Part shown: in pieces, positions 28,268 to 37,639 of the stretch
Layout of the letters: each line of letters opens with the position of its first letter
How positions within the stretch are numbered: the first letter of the stretch is position 1
Origin: a virus
Taxonomy: Duplodnaviria > Heunggongvirae > Uroviricota > Caudoviricetes
Strand: one strand, 5' to 3'
Virus record (IMG/VR): IMGVR_UViG_2703718837_000002
DNA length: 38,688 nt
Notes under the pieces: model-generated
Seen by the model: only the letters and a program-made list of their open reading frames with translations
Database searches by the model: none
What the model was told of the DNA's origin: nothing
Program-made: the position numbers and the translations under genes

Positions 28268-28477
28268 ATGGCTTTCATTCCACCAACCATCGACGACGTT
28301 AGACATTGCTCTAACGCTTTATCTGTAGACCCCGCCGAAACCGACGCTGCCCGCGCCATTGCTGAACACTACTCAAAGATATCCAATCAGGAGTACCGCA
28401 TCACCCAAGACGACCTGGATGATCTCACTGACACAATCGAATATCTCATGGCCACTAACCAGCCAGACTCACAATAA
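28268..28477 (+). CDS. coi: Coi, C1 inactivator
   Basis: 69 aa, the size of P1 Coi. It lies directly upstream of c1 on the same strand, with GAGG 8 nt before the ATG. Confidence 0.85.
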   Translation: MAFIPPTIDDVRHCSNALSVDPAETDAARAIAEHYSKISNQEYRITQDDLDDLTDTIEYLMATNQPDSQ

Positions 28478-28493
28478 ATGCACTAATAAATCT
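28477..28493 (+). promoter_or_regulatory. variant C1 operator upstream of c1
   Basis: AATGCACTAATAAATCT, 14 of 17 matches. Confidence 0.5.
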
Positions 28494-28523
28494 ATTATTT
28501 TCGTTGGATCCTTCTATAATGGT

Positions 28524-28564
28524 GGCCAACAACTCCCAGTGTAATCCGCTGTGAGTTGTTGGCC
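28524..28564 (+). promoter_or_regulatory. 12-bp perfect stem-loop just upstream of the c1 ribosome binding site
   Basis: GGCCAACAACTC-N17-GAGTTGTTGGCC. No T-run follows. It ends 13 nt before GGAGGAGG. Confidence 0.5.
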
Positions 28565-28587
28565 ATGTCAATTCTGGAGGAGGATCA

Positions 28588-29439
28588 ATGATAAATTATG
28601 TCTACGGCGAACAACTGTACCAGGAGTTCGTCAGCTTCAGGGATCTCTTTCTAAAAAAAGCTGTTGCACGCGCCCAACACGTTGATGCCGCCAGCGACGG
28701 TCGTCCTGTTCGCCCGGTTGTCGTTCTGCCGTTCAAAGAAACGGACAGCATTCAGGCTGAAATTGATAAATGGACTTTAATGGCGCGGGAACTGGAACAG
28801 TACCCAGACCTCAATATCCCAAAGACTATTTTATATCCAGTGCCTAACATCCTTCGCGGTGTGCGTAAGGTTACAACTTATCAGACAGAAGCTGTGAACA
28901 GCGTCAACATGACCGCTGGCCGCATTATTCATCTGATTGATAAGGACATTCGCATCCAGAAAAGCGCGGGGATCAATGAGCACAGTGCGAAATACATAGA
29001 GAACCTGGAAGCAACAAAAGAGCTAATGAAGCAGTACCCGGAGGATGAAAAATTCCGTATGCGTGTACACGGCTTTAGCGAAACAATGCTGCGCGTCCAT
29101 TACATTTCCAGTAGCCCTAACTACAATGATGGTAAATCAGTTAGTTACCATGTGCCGCTGTGTGGTGTGTTTATCTGCGATGAAACTCTCCGTGATGGAA
29201 TCATCATCAACGGTGAATTCGAGAAAGCAAAATTTAGCCTTTATGACTCTATAGAACCGATCATCTGCGACCGCTGGCCGCAGGCAAAAATATATCGCCT
29301 GGCAGATATTGAAAATGTAAAAAAACAAATTGCCATCACTCGCGAAGAGAAAAAGGTCAAATCAGCCGCATCAGTTACGCGCAGCCGTAAAACCAAGAAG
29401 GGGCAGCCAGTAAACGACAACCCCGAAAGCGCGCAATAA
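28588..29439 (+). CDS. c1: C1 repressor of lysis
   Basis: 283 aa, the size of P1 C1. SD GGAGGAGG. Located next to coi and the operator cluster. Confidence 0.97.
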   Translation: MINYVYGEQLYQEFVSFRDLFLKKAVARAQHVDAASDGRPVRPVVVLPFKETDSIQAEIDKWTLMARELEQYPDLNIPKTILYPVPNILRGVRKVTTYQTEAVNSVNMTAGRIIHLIDKDIRIQKSAGINEHSAKYIENLEATKELMKQYPEDEKFRMRVHGFSETMLRVHYISSSPNYNDGKSVSYHVPLCGVFICDETLRDGIIINGEFEKAKFSLYDSIEPIICDRWPQAKIYRLADIENVKKQIAITREEKKVKSAASVTRSRKTKKGQPVNDNPESAQ

Positions 29440-29442
29440 ATT

Positions 29443-29465
29443 ATGCCCGGCATCAACCGGGCATT
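29443..29465. terminator. bidirectional hairpin between convergent c1 and ant (module 3)
   Basis: TGCCCGG-N6-CCGGGCA, T-rich on both sides. It sits 3 nt after the c1 stop and 7 nt after the ant stop. Confidence 0.6.
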
Positions 29466-29471
29466 CTTCCA

Positions 29472-30584
29472 TTATTCAGCCGCCACCGGTTTTAACAAGC
29501 CAGCATCGAGCAGTTTACGCGTCAACCACTGCTGGCCTTTACCCGTTAATTGGGGCGTCAGCCGTATCTGGTAGCCATTTTCATCATCCAGCACCACTTC
29601 TTTCACCGTGAAATACCCCGCGTTGATGTACTGCTGGAACGGCACATTTTTACGTCCACCGGACGCTATCAGGATGCCGTTCTCCCGTAACCAGACAAAC
29701 AGCGCGTTTTGCTTAAGTCCAACAACCTTTGCAAAATTCCCAATCAGGATCCCTTTAGCTACTGATACCCGGTCGGCAAAATCGACTTTAGGAGCGGCGG
29801 CCACCAGCTGCTGATTTAGCTGGTGGGCTTTCTGTTCCAGAAGTTGCTTTTGTTCAGCCAGCTCGGCAGCCAGACGCAGGGCTTCTGGAAGCGTCTGGGG
29901 GATTGCGATCGGTTGCTGTTCTTTTTGTCGGAAGTAGTTGTCTTCCAGTTTTTCAAAGAATGCCCATGCTTCATTTGTGTCCACGATCTTAGACATGCGT
30001 GCAGCGCCGCGCTCTGTCCAGAGTGTAAGGCTTCTGGCGTTCTTACCAACAGAGTAACTTCCGGTTACTCTGTTCTTAAATTCTCTTAATTTTAAACCAG
30101 TTAGAAGAAAGTAATGCTTACCTTCTTCAAAGCGGTCAAGGTTGCGAGACAAATTGTTGCGAATATTGGCTTCATCGACCCCATACCCTCTAGCAAGAGT
30201 TTCGGTTGTCACGACACGTACTCCCTGCCATTCCAGAACGGGAATTTCATCCGGCTGATTCTGAACAACCACCAGCTCTGATTCCTGAACTGAAGGTGCA
30301 TAAATTTTTTCTGATTTAACGTTAGTTGCTTTCATTCTGTGTGCCTCCTTGCGTGCTTCGGCTGCGACGGTTGCGTAATTCAGATGACCCTGTTCGAGCA
30401 GGTATTCACGGATATCGGTTAGCAGAATGCGGTGAACCGCGTGTTTGTCCTTTCTCCGGTAAAGTTGTTTGGTGATCATGAAGTAGTTGGCAATAACGCC
30501 CGGTATATCCTTGGTACTGATACAGGCAGTGTGCTGTTCAATTGCCTCGATCATCTCTTCACGGGTGACTAATGACGTTCTCAT
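29472..30584 (-). CDS. ant1: antirepressor Ant1 (370 aa), with in-frame Ant2 starting at 30335 (module 3)
   Basis: The same architecture as modules 1 and 2. A third variant of the central region. AAGGAGG precedes the internal ATG. Confidence 0.85.
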   Translation of the reverse strand: MRTSLVTREEMIEAIEQHTACISTKDIPGVIANYFMITKQLYRRKDKHAVHRILLTDIREYLLEQGHLNYATVAAEARKEAHRMKATNVKSEKIYAPSVQESELVVVQNQPDEIPVLEWQGVRVVTTETLARGYGVDEANIRNNLSRNLDRFEEGKHYFLLTGLKLREFKNRVTGSYSVGKNARSLTLWTERGAARMSKIVDTNEAWAFFEKLEDNYFRQKEQQPIAIPQTLPEALRLAAELAEQKQLLEQKAHQLNQQLVAAAPKVDFADRVSVAKGILIGNFAKVVGLKQNALFVWLRENGILIASGGRKNVPFQQYINAGYFTVKEVVLDDENGYQIRLTPQLTGKGQQWLTRKLLDAGLLKPVAAE

Positions 30585-30802
30585 AGTCCCTCCTGAGCAG
30601 AAGCGTTAACAGGGAGGCACCAGTAACTGAGAGAGTTGCGCGAATCAGTGGAAAAGCGGGCAGAGAAAATGCAGGGAGCGTCAGGAAGCTGAGAACGGGC
30701 CTCATCTTCTGTCGGTGCAATAACGAAGTGATAGTGACGTTTCTGGCAGGAATAGAAGCGCCAGATGAATTCAGGATGAGTTGGGGTAGGGACAGTAGCC
30801 AT
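30581..30802 (-). CDS. icd: Icd-like 73-aa protein (module 3, variant N-terminus)
   Basis: 73 codons. The first 9 residues differ (MATVPTPTH versus MVNANPCAR) and the rest is essentially identical. ATGA overlap with ant1. Confidence 0.75.
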   Translation of the reverse strand: MATVPTPTHPEFIWRFYSCQKRHYHFVIAPTEDEARSQLPDAPCIFSARFSTDSRNSLSYWCLPVNASAQEGL

Positions 30803-30810
30803 AATGGCAG

Positions 30811-30852
30811 CCTCCTTTGACTAAGTTAAGGAGCTACCGCGTGAGGTCTCAA
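30811..30852 (-). promoter_or_regulatory. target a'/b' overlapping the icd ribosome binding site (module 3)
   Basis: The minus strand reads TTGAGAC-N24-GTCAAAGGAGG. Both elements complement the loop of the RNA at 30860-30938. The SD GGAGG is included. Confidence 0.6.
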
Positions 30853-30859
30853 TCTCAAT

Positions 30860-30938
30860 GGCGGTAGCACTGACTGGGTTGAGACTACCGGCGTCAAAGG
30901 GAACCGGCCTGCCTTTCGGCAGCCCAGCCAGCACTACC
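30860..30938 (-). ncRNA. c4-analogous antisense RNA on an unrelated scaffold (module 3)
   Basis: About 76-79 nt. A 13-bp closing stem (GGUAGUGCUGGCU / AGUCAGUGCUACC, including G-U pairs), a CUGCC-GAAA-GGCAG hairpin, and the single-stranded elements CCCUUUGAC and GUCUCAA. Confidence 0.65.
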
Positions 30939-30985
30939 ATTGATTTCGGAGCTAAACGCTACGTATGGCTGTGCGATGGCATGAC

Positions 30986-31011
30986 ACAAAAAAAAGACGC
31001 TTTCGGCGTCT
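30986..31011 (-). terminator. intrinsic terminator inside the module 3 leader, between the decoy site and the RNA gene
   Basis: The minus strand reads AGACGC-CGAAA-GCGTCT followed by T8. Confidence 0.55.
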
Positions 31012-31017
31012 GTGTCG

Positions 31018-31042
31018 CCTTTGACATTATTCGGGGTCTCAA
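31018..31042 (-). promoter_or_regulatory. upstream complementary site pair a1/b1 (module 3)
   Basis: The minus strand reads TTGAGAC-N10-GTCAAAGG. Confidence 0.5.
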
Positions 31043-31142
31043 TCCCGGCACCCGTTTTAATGAGGTGCCTGATAAGCATAAACCGAAAATGCCTCAAGGC
31101 GCAAGAGGTCAGGTTCAATGTAACATCGGCAGTTAAAAAACA

Positions 31143-31159
31143 CAATTTATTAGAGCAAA
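31143..31159 (-). promoter_or_regulatory. C1 operator, start of module 3, abutting the pacB stop
   Basis: The minus strand reads TTTGCTCTAATAAATTG, 15 of 17 matches. Confidence 0.7.
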
Positions 31160-31162
31160 TAT

Positions 31163-32647
31163 TCATTCATTAAGCCATGCCAGAGCTTCATCAACCTGCG
31201 CTTCGTCTTCGACGCTAAGCACTTCATCCTGGGGAACATAATCCGCCAGCATAGCGAAACAATATGTATCCCAATGGTCTGGTGAGTGCAGGTTGAGTTT
31301 TTTCTTCATATCCTCCTTACTCATCACCTTCCATTGACCTGCGGAGTTAATCCCTACAGGGATTTTCGACGCTTCCTCAATAGTTTCATTACCCTTATCC
31401 AGTCTCATACGACCAGATTTTACGGCCTCTGCGGCTTGAACGTTGGCATAAGCACGTTTATCAAAGTACAGGCTCTTATCTTCACGGCTATGCATCTTTT
31501 TACCCCAGCGTATGCGCTGTACGGTAATACCATAATACTCGTACATCAGATCCGCCGTTGCTTTACCCAGGCCATCGCCGTCTATCGCTATGGTGATATT
31601 TGGGAATCGCTCAGGATTACATTCTGCGAAAATTTTGGCGGCAAGCTGCGTTTCTGTAACGTCTGTGTATTCCAGCATTCGATAGTTGATTACACGGCGT
31701 TTATTTCGCTGGCCGGACACCATCATGATATTGATAACGGACTTATCCCGTCCCGTACCACCAGCAACGTCCACACATGCAAGCCAGCCCCATCCTTTTG
31801 CAATCTTGACTTTCCGCCGCGTTGCACGTTCAACCTCATCACGTCCAAGAAGGAAGCCATCCTGTGATTTAGGGAATAGGCCGCGTACCTTAATCATGTA
31901 CATAGGGTTATCACGCCCGCCGTACTCCGCCAGCTTCATTTTGATAAATGCTGGCGTTACCAACGGTGATTCCTCACTGTTAAGCGTGATCGCCGTATAA
32001 ACGCCATCAGGGTTACCAGGACGCTTGGCCAGTTTATGGTGTGTATCGTAGAAATAGCCGCTTGGGCGTGTAGGCTGTGACAGCAATAAGATGCGGTTAT
32101 CCTGTCCGGTAAGAGCACCGGTGATGATACCGAAAGCTCTATCACTGACACCGGAGGCTTCATCGATAATATACAGAAGATGATCTGCGTGTTCACCGGC
32201 GAGAGCTTCTTCACTTCCCAGACGAAAGCCCTTCGGTACTACAGTCCATACACCTTTACCAGTAACCTCATAGAAAGCGGTTTCTGTCAGAACAAAATAA
32301 TCAGCAAGCCATGGAAAACGGCTGGTGGCAGTAGCCCAGTTTATCTTGATGTACTTGAATATACCGGTCATTACCTGCTGAATTTTGTTCGCAACGATAA
32401 TGGCGCGGGCACCGGGATACATGATTATGAACAACATGATCATGATAGAAGTCATGTCTGATTTCCCGGTACCGTGACCAGACGAAACAGATGTCTTGCT
32501 ACCCTGTTCCTGCACAGACTCAATAATCAGATCCTGCTGCCAGGTAGGTGTTTTGCCGAACAAAACATCAGCGGCCGCAATCCAGTCATAACGATATAGC
32601 GCCACCAGCTCGCGCCAACGTGGGTCCGTTACGCAACTTCTGGCCAT
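31163..32647 (-). CDS. pacB: PacB, terminase large subunit
   Basis: 494 aa with Walker A-like SSGHGTGKS and a terminase-type nuclease C-terminal half. The start overlaps the pacA stop. Confidence 0.9.
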   Translation of the reverse strand: MARSCVTDPRWRELVALYRYDWIAAADVLFGKTPTWQQDLIIESVQEQGSKTSVSSGHGTGKSDMTSIMIMLFIIMYPGARAIIVANKIQQVMTGIFKYIKINWATATSRFPWLADYFVLTETAFYEVTGKGVWTVVPKGFRLGSEEALAGEHADHLLYIIDEASGVSDRAFGIITGALTGQDNRILLLSQPTRPSGYFYDTHHKLAKRPGNPDGVYTAITLNSEESPLVTPAFIKMKLAEYGGRDNPMYMIKVRGLFPKSQDGFLLGRDEVERATRRKVKIAKGWGWLACVDVAGGTGRDKSVINIMMVSGQRNKRRVINYRMLEYTDVTETQLAAKIFAECNPERFPNITIAIDGDGLGKATADLMYEYYGITVQRIRWGKKMHSREDKSLYFDKRAYANVQAAEAVKSGRMRLDKGNETIEEASKIPVGINSAGQWKVMSKEDMKKKLNLHSPDHWDTYCFAMLADYVPQDEVLSVEDEAQVDEALAWLNE

Positions 32648-33840
32648 TAATCATCATCCCCGTACAGTTTGCGGGTAACTTCTTCGTCTTCCTCCTCGTC
32701 TTCGTCCAGATCCTGTTCAAGCCATGCTTCGTTTGATATGCCTTCCGCATCGACATCACCATAACCACCTGTATCGACGATATCGGCAATTTCTTCTCTA
32801 CGATGCTCAATCCACAATGCGGCATCAGCGCGGCGGCTGGCGGCCCGTTCTCGCGCGATTTTATCCAGATCTTCAAGTGATGGAGCGCCAGATGCTGTTT
32901 GGTTTTCCTCATCATCGGTATTGGTCTTAGGAGCACGCAGATCGGCTTTGATTTGCTCCAGCATCAGGGGCGGCACTTTCCCTCCATGCGCCTCGATGAA
33001 TTCAGCCGCTTCCAGAACTGACCAGTTATTTTCACGCTTTCGTTCGTATGCCAACTTAACAATGCCAGCTTGCCCCATAGATAAAGCGTGCTTTTCCGCC
33101 TCCCGGCTTTCTTTTCGATAGTTATTCCGGATGCTGTAAATGGTGTTGATCAGGCTGCTTATCTGCGCGGAACAGCTGTTTAGCATGCTCGCGATACGGT
33201 ATTCAGGCGGAGTACCTTCATCATCGTCTTTTTTCTGATCGCGCATTTCCTGCACCAGGCGAATACACGTATCCCTGGCGTTCTCCAGCATAAGGAGATG
33301 AGAAAGAGACTTTTCAAGAAGAGTTGTTTCCAGAACATCGGCCCCGGACCGACGCAACATAGCGCGCGCGGCCTTCCGCGCTTCAACGTTATCTATCAGG
33401 TAATCGCCAGCTTCGAATTCAAAGCGTTCACCATCATCATCCAGGGTGTCGCGTTCCAGGCGATCACGTAAGGTCCGGTGGGCGCGGGTGATCACGTCAT
33501 GATCATCAGAACGATCATTTATGCGCTTATTTTGGCGCTTCGCATTCTCGACTGCGGCACTGACAACGGCATTAACTCTCTGTTTTTCCGCTATTTCAGC
33601 CGCAATATGATCACCTGCATGTTGATCATTAGAGTGATCAATGATCATGCTTTTTAGTGGCTTCCTGACTGGCTTATTTGGCTTGCGGCTGTCCGCAGTC
33701 CTGGTGTCTTCTTTGAAGGCACGGAGATAACGACGTGCGGTATTAGGGTTAAGATTAAACTCGGCGGCATACTGTGCGATGGTGTAACCACCATCTCGCG
33801 CCAGGCGAGCAAAATTCTTCTTGTGATCGTCCCAGGTCAC
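32647..33840 (-). CDS. pacA: PacA, terminase small / pac-recognition subunit
   Basis: 397 aa. GTG start after AAGGAAG. N-terminal HTH-like region and acidic C-terminus. The pac site lies inside its 5' part, as in P1. Confidence 0.9.
   Translation of the reverse strand: MTWDDHKKNFARLARDGGYTIAQYAAEFNLNPNTARRYLRAFKEDTRTADSRKPNKPVRKPLKSMIIDHSNDQHAGDHIAAEIAEKQRVNAVVSAAVENAKRQNKRINDRSDDHDVITRAHRTLRDRLERDTLDDDGERFEFEAGDYLIDNVEARKAARAMLRRSGADVLETTLLEKSLSHLLMLENARDTCIRLVQEMRDQKKDDDEGTPPEYRIASMLNSCSAQISSLINTIYSIRNNYRKESREAEKHALSMGQAGIVKLAYERKRENNWSVLEAAEFIEAHGGKVPPLMLEQIKADLRAPKTNTDDEENQTASGAPSLEDLDKIARERAASRRADAALWIEHRREEIADIVDTGGYGDVDAEGISNEAWLEQDLDEDEEEDEEVTRKLYGDDD
33489..33647. other. pac: pac packaging site with clustered hexanucleotide repeats
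   Basis: Three TGATCA/CGATCA elements at 33489-33517 and four TGATCA at 33608-33647, about 90 bp apart. This matches the described 162-bp P1 pac site with seven Dam-methylatable hexamers. Confidence 0.85.
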
Positions 33841-33876
33841 TTATGCTTCCTTTCGTATAAAACTCTTTTTGACGCG

Positions 33877-33896
33877 AGGGTAACGAAAGTCACATG
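33877..33896 (-). promoter_or_regulatory. Lpa-type late promoter candidate for pacAB
   Basis: The minus strand reads ATGTGACTT, then N4, then TACCCT, about 35 nt upstream of the pacA start. Confidence 0.5.
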
Positions 33897-33926
33897 TCAA
33901 AAGGCCCGGAACGGGCAAGCAATCAA

Positions 33927-34379
33927 TCAGATACGTGCGGATGTGGCATTACCGTAATGACGGTGCTGACGGGCCACCTTATTGAAAAGTTGACGCGCCA
34001 TTACCCAAGGCTGATGCTCCCGGCGTTCCTTTTCGTCCTGCGTCATATAGAGTTCGTTCTGGAGTTTTTCATCAAACCGGCGCGGCGCGCGGCTGCGGCG
34101 AAAGAATTCAGGATTCAGAGAGTGGATCTGAAATCTACGTGGGCGTGTACTGTCATCAATCAAAACAGACGAATACTTAGACACAGCGATAGCCTTTAAG
34201 CGCAGATAAACGTCGCGCTTATCGACATCCAGATGCGGGTATTCCTTTTCAAGGATTGCTGCGAGTTCTTTCGCTGATAGAAGAGACTTAGTGCGGATCA
34301 TGTAATCCGCAATCTCATACGATGTTATTCGTGAGTGATTTATTTCCATGAAGTGGCGTCCCTGCCAGTTAAGTAACAT
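33927..34379 (-). CDS. lpa: Lpa (gp10), late promoter activator
   Basis: 150 aa, directly upstream of pacA and downstream of a C1 operator, as described for P1 gene 10. Confidence 0.8.
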   Translation of the reverse strand: MLLNWQGRHFMEINHSRITSYEIADYMIRTKSLLSAKELAAILEKEYPHLDVDKRDVYLRLKAIAVSKYSSVLIDDSTRPRRFQIHSLNPEFFRRSRAPRRFDEKLQNELYMTQDEKERREHQPWVMARQLFNKVARQHRHYGNATSARI

Positions 34380-34449
34380 CCTGTCACCTACTGATTAGCC
34401 CATGTCAACTAATCAACGTGGAATATAATACCATCGATTAAAGAAATAG

Positions 34450-34466
34450 CAATACATTAGAGCAAT
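34450..34466 (-). promoter_or_regulatory. C1 operator-like site upstream of lpa
   Basis: The minus strand reads ATTGCTCTAATGTATTG, 14 of 17 matches with a perfect left 11 nt. C1 control of lpa is established for P1. Confidence 0.55.
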
Positions 34467-34467
34467 T

Positions 34468-35511
34468 TTATCTAACGCTCGACGAGCGACTTGTGATAGC
34501 GCCGACTCCAAGCGCGTAATCAAAGAACAATCGTTGATGCATCGCCAGCCTACCGTGCGTCTTCTCCCAATTATCGCGGTCACGCTCAATATCACGCTGG
34601 CATGACTGGCACAGAGGAATTGCGTAAATGTCATGCGCGCATAATCGACTATGACGAACGATATAAGGCGTAATGTGAGCGCCAGCTCCCGCAGCTCCAC
34701 ACCCACAGCATGGACGGGAAGCAACAAAGTCCATGTACTCAGGCAATTTTAGCGATTGCAGTTTTGGTATTTTGAAATGCGCCATGCCAGGGTCGGAGTC
34801 AACATCCACAGGGCATACTTTTGCACGCATCGGCGCGGCGCGTTCTTCCATCATCTGAACATATGCTGTAGCGCGATCGTCATACGGGCGAATATCCGCC
34901 TCTTTCAGAGGTCCGCTATCCTGCGTTGCGGCTTTCATCTTATTTATTGATATACGGCAAACTTCTTCCGGCATCAGGTGCATCATGTTGCGCATGAAAG
35001 CCCACCAGCACAGTTCCTGAATACTTAAATCATGGCCATCTGAAAGCCCCATTTCCTGACGGGCGACATCCAGTATCCAGTTAACGCGATTATTATGCAG
35101 CGTTTCTTTCAGCTCATTAAAACCACGCATCCGGTAATGGTTATCGTGATGCCAGCACAACAACACCGCGCTATTGTCTCGTTCAGCGTGGACAATATGG
35201 TTGTCACACCAACTACGATCTGCGGCCTGGCATTGCCCCTCTTTCCTGCGCAACCACGCCACCAGCGAGTCAATTCCACCAATACGGCGAAACAGTTCAT
35301 CGCTGTTAAAAAACGGCTGCAACGCCTCATTTGTTGCCATGGTTTGCTCGGTAACAACGAGGCCGTCTTCCATGTGCTCGATTAACTCACGCGGCACCGG
35401 CTCCATAATAAATTTACGGCCAGCCTCCACCAGCTTTCTGACCTCCTGATCCACTTTGAACGTGGCGAGGCCAAGCTCTTTCTGTACAAAGGGAGTAATT
35501 ACGGCTTTCAC
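34468..35511 (-). CDS. pdcB: PdcB-like protein (347 aa)
   Basis: Located between pdcA and lpa, as in P1. Several Cys/His clusters (CWHHDNH, CCGCG, CQSC). Confidence 0.7.
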   Translation of the reverse strand: MKAVITPFVQKELGLATFKVDQEVRKLVEAGRKFIMEPVPRELIEHMEDGLVVTEQTMATNEALQPFFNSDELFRRIGGIDSLVAWLRRKEGQCQAADRSWCDNHIVHAERDNSAVLLCWHHDNHYRMRGFNELKETLHNNRVNWILDVARQEMGLSDGHDLSIQELCWWAFMRNMMHLMPEEVCRISINKMKAATQDSGPLKEADIRPYDDRATAYVQMMEERAAPMRAKVCPVDVDSDPGMAHFKIPKLQSLKLPEYMDFVASRPCCGCGAAGAGAHITPYIVRHSRLCAHDIYAIPLCQSCQRDIERDRDNWEKTHGRLAMHQRLFFDYALGVGAITSRSSSVR

Positions 35512-35538
35512 ATCACACCTTTCATCACTGATTGGGCT

Positions 35539-35718
35539 TTATCTGCTGCCCGGCATTCTCTGTTTAAGCACAACCATTTCCTGACGGCATAACACAGCAA
35601 TAGCGGTCCTGGCACCAATTTGCTTACCAACCAGGTATTGCTTTACCTCGCGGCGACTCACGCCATCAAGAAGCATCTTTAACGCTTCACGGGACAATTT
35701 GTTGTATTTGCGTGCCAT
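35539..35718 (-). CDS. pdcA: PdcA-like small HTH protein
   Basis: ATG at 35718 with GGAG 7 nt upstream, 4 nt after the doc stop. The 59 aa product has an HTH-like segment. Confidence 0.6.
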   Translation of the reverse strand: MARKYNKLSREALKMLLDGVSRREVKQYLVGKQIGARTAIAVLCRQEMVVLKQRMPGSR

Positions 35719-35722
35719 TAAT

Positions 35723-36103
35723 CTACTCCGCAGAACCATACAATCTACGTAACGTGTCGGCGACAGAAGATACAGATATCTCGCCAGTCGCAGCGCCTAC
35801 AGTAAGGTCTGCCAGTTCAGGTGAATCAAATACCTGCACCCCGTTACGGCGTAGAAATAACAGCGCACTGTTTAGCGCGGTACGCTTATTGGCATCATTG
35901 AATATATGCCCTCTCGCTGTAGCCACCAGGTAGGTGGCAGAGACTTCGAAAAGGTCGGTGATCTCTTCGTAGGCAACTCTGGCCTGAACTCTCCCGATAA
36001 TGGCCTCTGCCCTACCCTGATCTGACATTCCCGGCAGGCCGCCGTAGCGGTTTATATTCGCATCATGAAGCGCAATAAGTTCTTCCGGTGATATATGCCT
36101 CAT
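35723..36103 (-). CDS. doc: Doc toxin (Fic-fold kinase)
   Basis: 126 aa beginning [22 protein letters not shown], with the Fic motif region [11 protein letters not shown]. Confidence 0.97.
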   Translation of the reverse strand: MRHISPEELIALHDANINRYGGLPGMSDQGRAEAIIGRVQARVAYEEITDLFEVSATYLVATARGHIFNDANKRTALNSALLFLRRNGVQVFDSPELADLTVGAATGEISVSSVADTLRRLYGSAE

Positions 36104-36324
36104 TATCGGTTAACCAGTTCCTTGTTGGTGGAGTCCAGGGTGTCAAACAGGGATGCAAATTCAGCATCCAGCGCCGCTTTTTTGTAGGCTTCAAAAGTAG
36201 CCTTGCTGACAATTACTGCTGGCTCACGGCCTCTGCGGGTGATTTCAACCTCTTCCCCAGCTTCAACATTGTTGAGCACTTCAGAAAGGTTGCCACGCGC
36301 GGTACGGAAGTTAATGGATTGCAT
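36103..36324 (-). CDS. phd: Phd antitoxin
   Basis: 73 aa beginning [32 protein letters not shown]. The start used is the third codon of the listed ORF. TAATG overlap with doc. Confidence 0.97.
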   Translation of the reverse strand: MQSINFRTARGNLSEVLNNVEAGEEVEITRRGREPAVIVSKATFEAYKKAALDAEFASLFDTLDSTNKELVNR

Positions 36325-36330
36325 AAACAT

Positions 36331-36356
36331 CTCGTGTACTCGTTATGTGTACACAA
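36331..36356. promoter_or_regulatory. phd-doc operator region with GTGTAC palindromes
   Basis: CTCGTGTACTCG and TGTGTACACA lie adjacent, just upstream of phd. Two palindromic Phd sites are described for P1. Confidence 0.5.
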
Positions 36357-36396
36357 TTATAAACTTCACAGGCATAAAGCACCAGCACTTTGTAGC

Positions 36397-36696
36397 TTAA
36401 ATCACCGGACAATCATCAAATTCCCCACTTCGGGCATCATTGATGACATGAGTGATCACACCCAAAACAGCATTACTACCCGTGTAACCATCGTCATCTA
36501 CTGGTAACGCCTCTTTCTTCCCGGTGCTTAAATCCTCCAGGTGCTGGCGCGGATACTTTCGGTATCTCTTTATGCGATATTCACCCTCCATAGCGCAGAC
36601 AAGCAGCGAACCATCAACCGGAGTAAGCGAGGAATCAACCACCAGCAAAGCACCCTGCAATATTCCCTCACGGTGATGGCTGTCTGCCACCCGCAT
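36397..36696 (-). CDS. humD: HumD (UmuD'-like); the listed ORF is 5'-truncated relative to the homology
   Basis: Contains the Ser (ADSHH) and Lys (RIKRY) positions of the UmuD family. The in-frame upstream sequence to 36792 encodes KRYGFPSPAADYVESRISLDQQLIRHPSATYF but has no start codon. Confidence 0.8.
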   Translation of the reverse strand: MRVADSHHREGILQGALLVVDSSLTPVDGSLLVCAMEGEYRIKRYRKYPRQHLEDLSTGKKEALPVDDDGYTGSNAVLGVITHVINDARSGEFDDCPVI

Positions 36697-36804
36697 GAAG
36701 TAGGTCGCTGATGGATGCCTGATTAGTTGCTGATCAAGAGAAATTCTGCTTTCAACATAATCCGCCGCAGGAGAAGGGAAGCCATAGCGTTTTCACCTCA
36801 ACAA

Positions 36805-36824
36805 TACTGTTCATTTATACAGTA
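36805..36824. promoter_or_regulatory. LexA (SOS) box upstream of humD
   Basis: TACTGTTCATTTATACAGTA, which fits CTGT-N8-ACAG exactly. Confidence 0.85.
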
Positions 36825-36959
36825 TACATTAAAGAGACACCTTTGGTGCAAACGCGTTATGTACATCAACCACCGCAGATGATTTTGTGCGCTTTGCTAC
36901 TATTCATCACCAACGGATCAGCGTAACCTCGTTGCCAATCAGTTAATAAGGAATTAGCT

Positions 36960-37532
36960 ATGCCTAATCGCATTCCTCTCGATCCTGTATTGCCCAAAAA
37001 TTTTGACTGCACTCCTAACGAGAAACGCTCTAAAGCTCAGCTGGACGCCTGGTGGGACCATCCCTATGGGGTTACAGAACATGACGGGAAAATTGTTGTT
37101 TATTGTCTGAATGGTGGCGCGTGGGACCGTCCATCCGTGCTTGGTTTGGCAAATAACTATGATGAAGCCTGTGAACTTGCCGAAAGACAGCAGGCTAGAT
37201 GGGTGAAAACACGTTCTGAACCGACATTCATGTTTTCAAAAGAACCGCCATTTATACTGGCGAGGATGCCGCAGCGACCGGATCATCAACAAGAAATTGT
37301 TGCTGAATTTTCCTCAAGGGATGAGATGAATATCTTCTCATTAAAGCAGGAAGAAAGGGATCGCGTCGAAGTGTCTCCAACTCTCGACCACAACCGGATG
37401 AACCTGGCCCAACTCGCCTGGTACAGCAAAGAATTAGAGATGTCTATTGCCCGGCTTGAGAACGAAAAAGCCGCTATCCAGGCCCAGCATGACGTAGTTC
37501 TGAACCGGATTAGAGAAATGCAAAACCGATAA
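36960..37532 (+). CDS. hypothetical protein (190 aa) with a C-terminal coiled coil
   Basis: AAGGAA 7 nt before the ATG. Divergent from humD. No motif recognised. Confidence 0.7.
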   Translation: MPNRIPLDPVLPKNFDCTPNEKRSKAQLDAWWDHPYGVTEHDGKIVVYCLNGGAWDRPSVLGLANNYDEACELAERQQARWVKTRSEPTFMFSKEPPFILARMPQRPDHQQEIVAEFSSRDEMNIFSLKQEERDRVEVSPTLDHNRMNLAQLAWYSKELEMSIARLENEKAAIQAQHDVVLNRIREMQNR

Positions 37533-37579
37533 TAGGAAATAGGTGATAGGATGTTTTTATAAAAAACTATAAATATAAA

Positions 37580-37611
37580 GTACCTAGTGATCATATAAAA
37601 CCACTAGGTAC
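37580..37611. terminator. stem-loop between convergent genes
   Basis: GTACCTAGTG-N12-CACTAGGTAC, 10-bp perfect arms in an AT-rich context. Confidence 0.5.
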
Positions 37612-37639
37612 AAGTTATTAACAACCAGTATTCAGTACA

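Noticed and set aside
28305-28321. ATTGCTCTAACGCTTTA inside coi
   Set aside because: Only the left 10 nt match the C1 operator. The right half is unrelated, so it is at most a half-site.
28165-28359. 64-aa minus-strand ORF overlapping the coi start
   Set aside because: It is antisense to coi and to the immC regulatory region, with no supporting signals.
30858-31166. Two overlapping ORFs (92 aa on +, 90 aa on -) in the module 3 leader
   Set aside because: They cover the structured RNA, the terminator and the operator. Neither has a ribosome binding site, and they overlap each other on opposite strands.
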